Shown here in pieces: positions 11,421 to 23,557 of a stretch of DNA of 64,000 nucleotides. Positions within the stretch are counted from its first letter, which is position 1. The number at the start of each line of letters is the position of its first letter. The position numbers were made by a program, and so were the translations under genes. The stretch covers positions 37,450,001 to 37,514,000 of the forward strand of contig NW_024704743.1 in assembly GCF_018977255.1 (NCBI RefSeq), read 5' to 3'. The DNA comes from Callorhinchus milii (lineage: Eukaryota). The notes beneath the pieces were generated by a model, which did not search any database, was not told where the DNA came from, and saw only the letters and a program-made list of their open reading frames with translations.

Positions 11421-13344
11421 TATAAAGCTGATGTATAGAGCAATCTTCATACGTTTACCAAATGTTGCTATTTGCTAAAAAGGAAATGTGCTTGTCTGGG
11501 TCTTGAGGAAGCAGGTCTGTGACCAGTGAGGACCAGAGAACATAGGAGGCCGAGATCTAGCCACATGGCTGGATCAGGGCTGTTGCAGAGAGGTGCCATT
11601 GCTGTTGAACAGTTAAACCGAGTCCCTGTATCAGATGGATTGGTAGAGATATAAGTACTGTGTACTAGAGGAGGGGAGTGGTGGAAATTGTGAGTGAGAG
11701 CAGTTGTAAGAGGGCTTATAGGATACCGACTGCAAACTGGGTGCCTGCACCCTTCTGGGTTTGTTGCCATGTTGTCTATCTAGAGGCTTCTGAGGTTGCC
11801 CACCCCCGGCCTGTGTGGATAAATTGTGATTTGGAAACCAATTGTGACTCTATGTGCCTCAGTGTCTGTCTGGCTCGGGTAGTCAGAGTCACAATATATC
11901 AATCTATATGGATTGGTTCCCGTTCCTAATTCTTGAACCAGGGAATGAAGTGTTAATCAAAAGAATGATGGCAAGGTATTTCTTGGCAATGAAAAGGTAT
12001 GAGCTACAAACATGAAATGTGCTATCAGCCACGTGGGTATAGCATGCCAGAGGACTGAAGCACTGCGGCATAGAATAGTGACTATCTGACACCGGCTAAG
12101 CAATCTGAGAGGAACTGGGGAATGAGTCAACCCGATTCCCTATTCCGTAATTTCATATACCCAATTTAGAGCAGTGTAGCATAATGCTGTGAGGGGGTGG
12201 CGGAGCAAGGTTGCAATAATTTAGAACAAACCAATTGATAAATTGATGGTGCGGGAGCAAACCACATTCCCCTCTCTCATGAAATCAAAAGGAAAACTGT
12301 AACCTGAAAGCTTTCATTGTGGAAAAGGAAATTAAAAGACGGACATCTTCACAGTCTTTAATTTATGCTAATTTTAGACATGTAGATAAAAGCATTGAAG
12401 GAGTAATAAGAGGTTAGTACAAAGTTATCAACCGCAAATTAACTGTAGGTCTCTACATTTTATTTCCAACTTCCATTACATATGTGGAATAGACATCAAT
12501 AAATGCAGTTAAGTCAAAGAATGTTGTTAAAAGCACAGTGTAGTCTGCCCTCACCCACACCCGCACCTCCAGCAGGCCATCACCAATGAGAATCTAGCTG
12601 ATATTCCCCTTCCTGATCTCTTGAGGGGTTGAGGCCCTTTCACGAGATCACAATCACAAGATCTGTTTGGATAAAGAAGACTCTTCGGCCCTCCTGATCT
12701 CATCCCTCCAGAATACTCATCCTACCATCCCCCCATCACAGTGTCAAGATGCTTTTTAAATGAGACCAGTGTCCTCACCTCAACCACCCTTACTAATAGC
12801 CTGTTCCAAGTTGTCTCTATTGCCAAAAAATTAGACAAGCTAGATAAGGCTATGCCAGTCTGTCAAGCTATTTCAGCACAGATTGGAATTGAACCTTGAA
12901 CTTTTCTGGTTGGTACGGCTCAGCTGCTAGTCACTGAATAAGATCTAGTTTCAGACCATGGACTAGAGGTAGGCATTGCGTCTTTCGATAGTGGCCACTG
13001 CAGAGCAGTCACTGAATAACCAAATGCAGAGAGAACTTGCTCTCTCACCCCTTGTGTACATTAGCTCTTCACAATCTCATTAGTATTCAAATCAAGTTTG
13101 TCAGACCAGATCACCTCACCCACTTGTCAAGTGCCCATTCTACATGTGTAGAATTCTTTATGGCAGGAACTCTACAACTTCCTCTCGGAGTGCTTTTAAA
13201 TCTGGATTGTATTGCAAAAATTACCTTGTCAAGTGCCCATTCTACATATGTGAGACAGACACGTGAAATATTGGATGTAATAGCCAAGGCCAATTTTGAT
13301 ACAGTTTTGAACTCACATGGTGCTCAAATACCAGTTAAATCAAG

Positions 13345-13595
13345 ATTCTATCTGCCTATTCAGTGGACATTAAAGATCCTGTATCACTATTCTAAAAGGG
13401 AAGGAAATTCCTCCTCGTGTCTTGGCTAATAATCCGCCAAATAGAATTGATCATGGCTGTTTGTGAGACATTGCAAATTGGCTGCCACGTTCGCCTGCAA
13501 AACTTCACAGACTTCACAGTAAATCCTGTGAAACCTCGTGAGATGTCTTCCAGACATGAAAACTCCTAAATAAAAGGCAAGAAATATTATTATAA
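13345..13595 (+). mobile_element. Deu-type SINE fragment
   Basis: gtggacattaaagatcc…cactattc…tgtcttggctaat…ggctgtttgtgagacattgc…attggctgccacg. Confidence 0.65.
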
Positions 13596-14224
13596 CTCAG
13601 CTCTGAGGCAAGAGCTCATTAGGGCTTTGAGTAATGTCAATAGGGTTGAAAAAAATATCCTTGGAAAGGTGGTGTATTACAGATGTAATACTGACAAAGA
13701 AAGATATGACTCATAATGTAAAATGCATCTACAATAGGAAAACCTCTGTACATTACATTGACTGTAATATAAACTCTGATCCGCGATTCTCTCTGAACTT
13801 AGGTCTCATGAGTTAGCATCATTTAAGCAGCAAACATACATTTATGTGAAATGCCCTGTACAGACACAGTTTACAATGCGAGATTGTTTATGGCAGGAAC
13901 TCTACAATGAGGAGCGCTTTTATATCTGCATTCTATTGCAAATTGCCACACATAGTGACCAGGGTCTGCGCCATGGCGATCACTAAAGCCAGTGAGCTTT
14001 CCTTACTTGTTTATAATGGGGTTGGCAAATTTAAAGCTGTTTCTTTGCTAACAGTTGTTTGTGAAATTGTTACAATGGTATGGTGGTGGTGCTATTTACT
14101 CATAATTCTACAGCATAAACATGAATGCACCACAATGGCCAAAACGTTTCACTGTTAACTTCAACCTGTATCAATGCCCATCATGAGGTTTGCTGCTGCC
14201 CAAAAAAAACTCAGCAAACGTGAA

Positions 14225-14527
14225 TAACAACAACAACAAGATTGCATTTGTATAGCGCCTTTCACGTTAGGAGGCGCTGGACAGTGCATTTTAGACTCGA
14301 ACTGGGGTCAGGGAGGGGAAGGGGGGTGACCGATGGCATGGTCGAAGGGGAGGGTTTTGAGGCGAGATTTGAAGGAGGCGGCGAGGCGGAGTGATTGGGG
14401 GATGGAATTCCCGAGGTTGGGGGCAGAGTGGCTGAAGGCTCTCCCGCCAATGATAGGGAGGGTGGGGAGGGGGACGTGGAGCAGGCTGGAACCGGCTGAT
14501 TGGAGGGAGCGGGCGGGTTGGTAGGGT
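14225..14527 (-). mobile_element. L2 LINE 3' end
   Basis: PYQPARSLQSAGS…IGGRAFSHSAP on the minus strand; (CAA)n tail. Confidence 0.88.
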
Positions 14528-14790
14528 AAATAATAAATAAACAATATTTAATAAACAATAAATAATAAATAAATATTTATAAATAATACAAAAAATTATA
14601 TATAAATTAATTTAAAAATTATATATAAATTAATAAAAAAATTATATATAAATTAATAAAAAAATTATATATAAATTAATAAAAAAAATTATATATAAAT
14701 TAATTAAAAAAATTATATATAAATTAATAAAAATATATACATTAATACATAATAATAAATAAATAATAAGTAAATAAATAGGTAGAATAA
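14528..14790. repeat. AT-only low-complexity tandem repeat (~22-bp unit aaaaaattatatataaattaat)
   Basis: About 7 visible units flanked by (taaa)n. Confidence 0.9.
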
Positions 14791-14964
14791 AGGAACAACT
14801 CCAATGTTATCCACTTCCACAAAACTCTACAGATAATATTTTACAGGTAACATATAAACAGGCGACAGGTAATGATTTAACAAAACCAGCAACAGTGATT
14901 TCACGCTGATGCATCCTGTTAGGGTTTGTACTGGTCTAATCTAGACTGGTGGAGCAGAGAGTTC

Positions 14965-15385
14965 AGCAGAGCGAGCTGGGAACGTGTTGAGGATCTGACA
15001 TCCCGGGTTGACCAAATGCTACACGGAGCGGGTGAGGAACCAACTGTAGTTGTTCATGTGGGAAGAAATCACATAGATAGAAGCAGACCAGAGATCCCTC
15101 ATGCTAAATTTAGAGCATTAGGAAGGAAGCTTAAGGGAAAGACCAAGTGTAATATTTTCTAAAATAGTTCCCGTACCACGTGCTAGTGAGGAAAGACAGA
15201 GGGTAATTAGGCAGACCAATGTGCGGCTGAGGCATTGGTGTAGGGAATCAGGCTTCCGTTTCCTCAAACAATGGGGCAACTTTTGGAATAGGGGCCATCT
15301 TTCCAGACTGGATGGGCTCCACCTAAAGAAAAGAGGGGGTGAAGGTGTTAGCAATAGTTTTAGAGAGTGTTTAAACTAGGCACAG
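14965..15385 (+). mobile_element. CR1 ORF1 (SGNH esterase domain) fragment
   Basis: EPTVVVHVGRNHI…, then after a frameshift VPVPRA…WCRESGFRFL…DGLHL, typical of the CR1 ORF1 esterase. Confidence 0.85.
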
Positions 15386-15604
15386 GGGTTATTATTTGAA
15401 CAGAAGGAAAATAATACGGTTGGACAATGCAAAGGACCTGGGTGTAATGTCTGTAATTCCAATACTAGGATTCACTAGTTCTTTTATTTAAAACTTCCAT
15501 TCTCTCTCACAATCTGCCCAGTCACTTTCCCAGAATCCTTTTATACTTGCTTGCTTCTCATCGTCAATGTCCAATTGCCAGTTAAGTCAATAAAGCAATA
15601 TGCA

Positions 15605-16715
15605 ACACTCGGGATCCCGATTGACAATAAATTGAAGCTATCGCAACAATGCTCTGTGTCAGTGAGTAAAGCAAACCAGATGGTGGGATGTATCAAAAGA
15701 TCAATAGCAAGCCAAAATAGTGGGGTAATCCTCCCACTGTATAAATCATTGCTGAGACCATACTTAAGAGTACAGTTCTAATCGCCGCACTACAAAAAAG
15801 ATATTGGCGAAATCGAGAAGATACAGAGGAGAGCAACCAAAATGATTGAGGGAATAGAAGGACTGGACTATGAGGAGTCAGTTGGGCATATTCATGCGGG
15901 AAAAGAGAAGATTGAGAGGCAACATGATTGCTGTCTTTAAGATTCTAAAGGTGCAAGACAATATAGATCATGACAGGCTGTTTCGATTAGTCCAGAAAAG
16001 TAAAACCAGAGGACACAGCCTGTGATTGAAGGAGGGTAAGTTCAGGATGAATTTACAGAAACACTATTTCAGTGAGCGAATAGTAAATCTGTGGAACAGG
16101 TTAAAGCAGGAAGTGTTGATTCTTTCAAATACAGATTAGATAGTTTTCTTTTAGGAAATAACATTATGGGGTATCCTACAGGCCGCTGAAACTCTTGTTT
16201 ATGCCTTCATCACCTCCAGGCTCGACTATGCAAATGCCCTGCTTGTTGGCCTTCCCAACTCCTCCCTCCACAGGCTGCAGGTAATCCAGAACTCTGCAGC
16301 CCGTGTCCTCTCCTGCCCCAAACTCCGTGACCCCATCTACCCCATTCTCGCCCGACTCCATTGTCTCCCTATCCTTTACAGGATCCAGTTCAAGATTCGC
16401 CCCTACTTAGCCTCCATCAAATGCTGCCTCAAAACCCCCCTCTTCGACCATGCCATCGGTCAGCCCCCTTCCCCCCCCACCTCCCTTCTCCCCCCCTGAC
16501 CCCAGCTCGGGTCTGAAATGCTGTACACTGTCCAGTGCCTTGGGACGTCCTCCCGATGTGAAAGGCGCTATACAAATGTAATCTTGCTGTTGTTGTTGTA
16601 TGGGGTACAGTACATAGGTAGTTTGGGACATATGTGCAAGCAACTGCCAGGAAGCTGGAAGGCGAACTAGATGGACCTTGGTCTTTTGTCTGTCTAGCAT
16701 TTCTTATGTTCTTAT
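15605..16715 (+). mobile_element. CR1 ORF2 C-terminus and 3' UTR, interrupted by L2 16174-16598
   Basis: LGIPIDNKLKLSQQC…KANQMVGCIKR…LYKSLLRP…QRRATKMI; 3' UTR matches 52525-52720; ends in ttcttatg repeats. Confidence 0.88.
16174..16598 (+). mobile_element. L2 3' fragment with 9-bp TSD
   Basis: [21 protein letters not shown]; internal deletion; (TTG)n tail; TATGGGGTA at 16165-16173 and 16599-16607. Confidence 0.9.
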
Positions 16716-18009
16716 ATCTGCTTTGAACTTTGTTCTTGTAGTTTCTAGTACTATCTGACTTACTCTCTCTCTGCACCCTTGTCATGCTTCAGAGAACTAG
16801 CAACCAGGAACACACCAGACACCAGAGTTTTGATTTACCAGCTGCTGCAAGTCATACAATTTTTAACTTTACATACACTGCTACCGTCCTTGGGACGTCC
16901 TCCCGACGTGAAGGGCGCTACACAAATGTAATTTGTTGTTGCTGCTAAGAACTATTTGAAAGTGGCAGCTGTTCACTTAAATGACAAGTCAAAGGCAGCT
17001 CCCATGTCTTGCCCCTCATGCTTCCAACAATCAAAATGATAGTATATTCAAAATACTTCAATTCCAGCTAACTTACTGTTAATTATATCACTGGCACAAC
17101 GCAAAAATCTGGGTGCTTAAATTATCATATTAATACAGTGAAGGAGCTTTACCATTTTATCGCTGGTATTCAAAAATAGATAGGCTCACTCAGTGTTACA
17201 CCTTCATACCAGTACAGTATTAGTGTAGTGAGATGTAATTAATTCCCTCATGAAACACTTCAACATTGACAGGATATCAAACGATCATCCCCCTTCATCA
17301 TGTTCACAGCAACAATGTACTCCAGCACTGTTTGAGCCAAGCCAGAGCTGCAAAGAACCAGCAGAAACAGGTTGAGGCTCAAAATAGTAGCAGCGAAGTC
17401 AACTGTAGAGTAATAATGGTTTGTGCCTGGGATGTACGGTGGGAGTTGGCCCACAGATTCTCAATTATTTGCTGCAGTACCTTATTATTAAAGAATTGCA
17501 GCAGGAATGCTCAAAAACTATATATTCTTCACATTTAGTTATTCATGTTAGCTGTGGGCTTTGAAGCTGCTTCTAAATACACTCACGTCCTCATTCCTGA
17601 AAAGTATCTTTGCCTTCACACAGATTGACTACTGACCCTCAGTTTTGTTGAGTGCATTAGAACTGTTTACTGCTGCGTTCACCCTGGAATTCCCAGGGTT
17701 AAGACAATGTGTCCAGAAAAGCTTTTGGCAAATCTTTCCTTGTTTAACTCTGGCCCTTCTGCTATCATATATTTTCCCCTGTGGGCGATGATGTTATGCA
17801 CAAGTGAAGCAGTGGTGCATTTCTGAGCAACTTACAAAATGCTGTCCCATTCTTAAAAACAAAGCTTTGACAAATGTTATTTTTTTAAGGAAGATGGTTC
17901 CCCTGATAGCTTCAGGTAGTAAAATTGATGTTTCATGTGAAACTAACCTCCACACGAGAGAGCCACAGCTTCGATCGCTGGGAAATCTCGTTGCTCTTTT
18001 AGCTTCTGA

Positions 18010-18258
18010 GTGGGTCAAGCCTTCAGCCTCTCTGCCCCCACCCTTTGGAACTCCATCCACAGTCCCTTTGCTTTGCCCCTCTGTTGTCTCCTTCAAGGTC
18101 TGTCTCAAGACCTTCCTCTTCAATCGTGTCTTCAGTCACCGTCCTATCCCAATCCTCCCTGATCCCAAACCCCAGCTTGGGTGCACATCCTTGACTGTCC
18201 AGTGCTTTAGAACATCCTCCCAATGTGAGAGGTGCTATACAAATGTAATTTGTTGTTG
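18010..18258 (+). mobile_element. L2 3' end
   Basis: L2 ORF2 end (FKVCLKTFLF), 3' UTR, hairpin tail and ttg repeats. Confidence 0.8.
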
Positions 18259-18669
18259 GCTGTGTGTTACTCTGGTCACGATCAGAACTAAAACGTTAGG
18301 TTACTATGGTGGTAGGTCGGGTAGGGGGGTAGTCTGCTGAGTTTGGATCAGCAAATTCTTCTATACAATACAATTTATATAATGTATTTCATGCTGAGAG
18401 GACATCTCAAAGCGCTTAAAAGTATCATGACAGAAGCTATAAGATAAGTGCGATTTGAATTCCCCCCAACCCTCTGGTCAGGTGCCAAGCAGCACTTTGA
18501 GACATCTTCCTGACGTGAAAGGCATAATTAAAATGTAAATTATACTGTATTGTATATTATATTCTGATAGATATTATAAATTATATCTTAAGGCATATGG
18601 AAAGGTGAGGGGAAGGAACTACTTTTTGTCAAACTTTGTTGTATTTTCTTTCTTTACTTTACGATTTAG

Positions 18670-18745
18670 AGGTTGTTATTGGGTTAATGCTAGATGAGCT
18701 AAATAATGCTAAAGAAATCCATGAAGTGGATGAGCATGCAAAAAG
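18670..18745 (+). CDS. Candidate internal exon of an unidentified transcript
   Basis: Long pyrimidine tract + tag acceptor, AAG|GTGAAT donor; one frame open throughout (EVVIGLMLDELNNAKEIHEVDEHAK). No homology recognised. Confidence 0.3.
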
Positions 18746-18894
18746 GTGAATATGTTTAAAAAATATATATTTTACAATTTATTTACAACTTTGAAGATTT
18801 ATATGCTTATCAAAGTTCCCTTTGCTATGTTTGGAACTTTTTCCACTTTAGCTTGAAAGTAGATACAGATCAATACTTTAGAATGTATCATGAC

Positions 18895-19112
18895 AGTAGA
18901 ACAAGAGAACATAGGTTTAGAGTTGTAAAGGGCAAGTTTAGGACAGATACCAGGAAGTTTTTCTTTATGCAGAGGGTAATCAAAGGCCAGGGCACTAGAC
19001 TCATTTAGAAAGCAGCTTGATGAAGTGCTAGGGGAATGGTAAGGTGGATGTTCTAGACGGATGAGATTGGATGGGCCAAAGGACCTTCTTCATCCAGATC
19101 AATCTTGTGATA
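18895..19112 (+). mobile_element. CR1 3' end
   Basis: KGKFRTDTRKFFFMQRVI; 3' UTR ending tcttgtga, as at ~61940-62120. Confidence 0.7.
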
Positions 19113-20581
19113 TTTGTACTGTATATTAGAGTATTATACGTATTCTAAAAATGTATTTTAATATAATGATGATATCAAATTATTATAATATAATGTGATC
19201 TTTGTATTGTATATTATATTATAATACATATTCTAAATTATATTAGCACAGAGCACTCCTAAATATTCCGTAGATTAGCGGGTGAGTAAAGCTCCCTGTT
19301 CCGTGCCCAGTTGTGTGTCCTAAAATGTTCTTCCTCCTCCTCTCAGTGCTAGAGCCCACTTCCACTTCCTACAGTACACATTCTGGCCTTTCTGAATGCG
19401 ATTGACCGTCAGTGCACAATTGTAGGCAGTATTGTGCAGTGTGCCTCACGCATATTAGGAACTGGGCTGAATCTGGTGAACTTTATTCCTCTTTGAAGTT
19501 TCCCTTTCAGAAAGGGAGCTGGGCAGCAAGTTCTCTTCTGCAAAAGAAACACAGTGAAGCAGCAGAGAAAAAAAGGAAGTAAGTTAATGCAAATCGCTTA
19601 TGATAAATATGAGAGTGGCTGCCTATATTTCAATTGAAATGGCCAGATATTGTGAAGGTTAAAACCAAAGTGAAATTAATTTCTTAACACGAGGACTTTA
19701 ACTATGCAATGCAAAGTATTTAATATTTAGAAATTTCATACTGTTTGGAATAAGGGCACTTGCAGACCATATAGCACGTATGAGTTTATGCACTGTCACC
19801 TAGGAGATAGAATTTGCATACATAAAAAGGAGAAAAAATATTGGTTGTTACACTCATAAATACTGCATTTCCCATAATAGAATCAAGGCAATTACAGCTC
19901 ATCGAGTTTGCTAGTGTTAGCTTCTGCACCGGAGCTAATTGCTTCAATCCAAATTCTCTGCCTGGATGCAGTCACCCTGTGGAACATAGTTTTGATATAA
20001 TTATATTTGCTATCTTCCTCAAATACAGCACTTAACTTGAGCTACCTAAAATTCAGGTGCATTCCCTGGCCTCCGCAAGTGTTATTCACATAGCAGAGGT
20101 CCCAAAGCAGAATTTTAATGTTTTGCTAATGTGCGAGGGCATTTGGCTTACGAGGTGACGTTATATATATTTGAGTTACATATGTGATTATTTCACTGCA
20201 TGCACAAGTGGCAAGATATCAGCCTGGCTCATTTGGTCTCAAGTTCGTCTACAATATATACAGTCACTCCCCTTTACAGTAAATCCTGTAAAGCACTTTG
20301 AGTAATTCTCTTGACGTGAAAGTACTATATCAAATACAAGCATTACTATTATTAAGAAGTGCCCACACGCCACTCTGTCAGTGTGAACACAATGTAAAAG
20401 TGGCGAGGACAGGATAAACTGACAACGACTTTAGTTTGGTGCCACAACCTTTGCTCCTGAAGCAGCAAAAACTCACAGCTGCAGTCAGTATAATTATTTT
20501 GCAGCATTTGAAATAATACACAACTTTGATTTATTTATTTACTTACGTGGATCAGATCTTAAAGATCACAATGTTCTCAAT

Positions 20582-20670
20582 GTTTTTTGGTCAACTGGGT
20601 GATTGATGCATGTGGAAACCTACACCATGTTCAAGAGTATCAAAACCAAACTGAGAATTCCATGCATGCT
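20582..20670 (-). repeat. Family X, short 3'-terminal copy
   Basis: ttttttggtcaactgggtg…gtggaaacctacaccatgttcaagagtatcaaaacc matches the terminus of 20768-21200. Confidence 0.65.
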
Positions 20671-20767
20671 CTCAATATATAAATGTTCCAATAGAGTAAA
20701 ATTTAGAATTTTTCAGCATGGAAGCCCATTTGGTCATTGTGCCATTTATTTTGCAGTTATGTTGTAT

Positions 20768-21200
20768 ATTTTTTTTTGGTCAGATGGGTGTCTGACACAG
20801 GTGGAAACCCATTGCCATACTTAAGAGTATCCAAACCAACAGAGTTTCATGCATCCCACCTACACATGGAAATTCCTGAGATATTTACTGGAATGGAATG
20901 CACATTCTCTCCCTGGAGGGACACATCCTGATTACCTAATTCTAGAAGACTTGGGAATCCCAGAATGTTTGCTGGGATACTGCTGGAGTCGAACCGCCTG
21001 AAAGTGCATAGTTTGCCATTGAGCGTACTGTCTGGCAAGCTACCCGTTAGGGCTTTGATTTGCATGATGGACAGGAGCTGAGTGGGATGACTCCCTGCCC
21101 CCAGTGATGAGTCTGCCCTTCCAAGTCCTGCCAATGAGCCAGGTTGGCTGTTCTGTCATCAGCGGTGCCCTGGAATACTGCAGACCTTCCTGGCTCAGAA
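20768..21200 (-). repeat. Family X copy
   Basis: T9 + GGTCAGATGGGTGTCTGAC hairpin; body is the reverse complement of 22930-23350 and 54690-55147. Confidence 0.75.
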
Positions 21201-21224
21201 TTATTATTATTATATACCTGTCTA

Positions 21225-21520
21225 TTTCCCTCATGAAATGGACTGTGCCTCTATCACCTTACATGGCAGGGCATTCCACATCCCAACAGCGTTCTGAGTG
21301 AAACATATTCGCTTAAGCTCTCCTTCAGCTCTTCTTATGACCATCTTATAACACTAGTCCTGTTAACCATACAAGTGGAAAAGCTTCTCCTTATTTACCC
21401 CGTCAAAACTCCTCATAATTTTATGCACCTCTATCAGATCTACTCTCAGCCTTCTCTTCAAAGAAAATAGACTCTGCTTCTCCACTCTCTCCTCATAACT
21501 AAAACCCTGGTATCATTCTT
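21225..21520 (-). mobile_element. CR1 ORF2 C-terminal fragment
   Basis: Minus strand gives RMIPG…SYEERVEK…SLFSL…RLRVDLIEVHKIM. Confidence 0.75.
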
Positions 21521-22094
21521 GGCTGATTTATTTCCTCTTACCAATTCTCTTCCTCATCGTGAAAATCAGTTACCTGTGGGCAGCCTTGGATTTCTCTAGA
21601 GATTTTTCAAATATTATTAAAGAGACAATCACCTTGACATTAATAACATTAAAAACTATAACCTGATTGAAGAGTTTTGGATGTATGCCAAACTGCACAT
21701 GCAACAGAATTCCAATATTGTGATGGTTTTTCATAGCCCCAATGCTTCCCTGCTCTGCACATTGCTCTACTGCCTCTGCTTGATTTGGGTGCCACTCCCA
21801 CCCCATTCCTGCCCATCGCAACTTCACAATTCACAATTCACAAGATGGTTGTGATTCATTATTATATATATATATACATATATGTGTGCGCCGCTCATTG
21901 ACGGTGAGTGAAAATATTCTTTGGAAACCTGAGTAAAACTCTTTAAAGGGTCACCATTAGCTCTGATGGTGGAAAAAAAATGGTCCTGCTGATGATTTGA
22001 AACTCAGTTTAGTAAAATATATAGCTGTGGTTGCAACTATCTCGATTTAACAGCAGCAAGAGTGTTTCTTGGAATCAGAATCGGAAGCACTCAA

Positions 22095-22420
22095 ATGTAA
22101 TACTGGAGGAGCAGTATATTGTTGGAGGGGCCAAATTTTAGATGAGACCCATCTGCCTTTCCTCTGTTGGATTTTTAAGATCCCGTGACACTGTTTGAAA
22201 AGAGAAGGTTGTTTCTTCTGATATCCTGGCCAACAATCCTCCGGATGATATTGGTCATTCAGCTCATGGCTGTTTGTTGGACTCTGCAGTGCACCATATG
22301 GTTGCTGCATTTGCAAGCAATAAACAGTCACTATAGTATTCTACAGGTGATAGAAATTATTTTAAAGAACTTTGCGAAGCTTTGATGAATAAGCTGCTAT
22401 AAAAATGTAAGTTCTTTCTT
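22095..22420 (+). mobile_element. Deu-type SINE (old)
   Basis: gatgagaccc…taagatcccgtgacactgtttgaaaagagaagg…tcctggccaacaatcctcc…ggctgtttg. Confidence 0.65.
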
Positions 22421-22929
22421 GAATTGTTTCCCCGCAATAGCACACATACCTGGGGTTAATGCAACCTGGGTACCTTCACCTGCTGCCATTGCTCTGTCTC
22501 AGTTCCACTGCAATTTGGAGAACGGGCATGGAGCTGGGAGATAGAGGTGTGATGATTTATTTCACACTGAAGCCATCCTATAAAATTATTGCAAAGCTCG
22601 GACAGAAAATGTATTTTGGGTTATCAATAGTTAGAATTATGGCTTTACTCTTGTACTTAATAATGTCACTCAAACCCTTGGGGTAAATTGCTTACATTAT
22701 TTCTTGCCCCCAACCATCCATACTTTTATATGTATTCAATTACCAGGCTGAGATGACATGTCAAAGCACATGAGTAAGGCTTAAGTTGTTTATGGATGTC
22801 ATATGAACCTCAGAATGAAATTACAATTGTAAAGTTGCTCTCTCACCTTTACAATATACAATACAAAATTACATTTGGATAGCACCTTTCATGTTGGGAG
22901 CACATCCCAATGCGCTGGATATTTGTGAC

Positions 22930-23350
22930 CAACTGGTGACCAAGCTGTTTGTGGTGGAAGGTAAGTAGGGTCTCCTAGGAGCTGAACTGGGTCTGAGGTG
23001 GCATGTTTGGCAACAGAATGTCAGAATCGAGCCAACCCTCTGTGGTGGTTTCTCATCTGGTTCCTGAACCAGGCGGGTCTACAGTATTCCAGGGCACCAG
23101 TGATGACAGCACAGCCAGCCTGGCTCAGCCGCAGGATCTGGAAGGGCAGACCAGTCACTGGGGACAGGGAATCATTCCACTCAGCTCCTGTTAACCCTGC
23201 AAGCCAAAGCCCTAATGGATGGTCCTAACTGGACAAGCTCTGGGAAAGCTTGCCAATGGCAAACTATGAGGTTTAGCTGGTTTGATTCCAGCAATACCTC
23301 AACCCACACTCTGGGATCACCATACTTTGACTCTTATCAACTTGCGCCTA
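22930..23350 (+). repeat. Family X copy (internal part, lacks 3' terminus)
   Basis: Aligns with 54690-55035 directly and with 20950-21200 inverted; followed by a SINE 3' half at ~23352-23520. Confidence 0.7.
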
Positions 23351-23557
23351 AAAATAATAATTTGGTAACTAAATCCATGACTGTTTGTGGGACAGTGTTG
23401 TGCGCAATTGGCTGCCCACAAAATATACAGTCAATTTATTTTACAGTATATTCTGGGAAATGCTTTGAGATGTCTCGAAGATGTGATAAGGTGCTATATC
23501 AAATGCAAAGATTATTATATATACTCTCTGGAATTACATAAACAGAATGTGTCCCTC

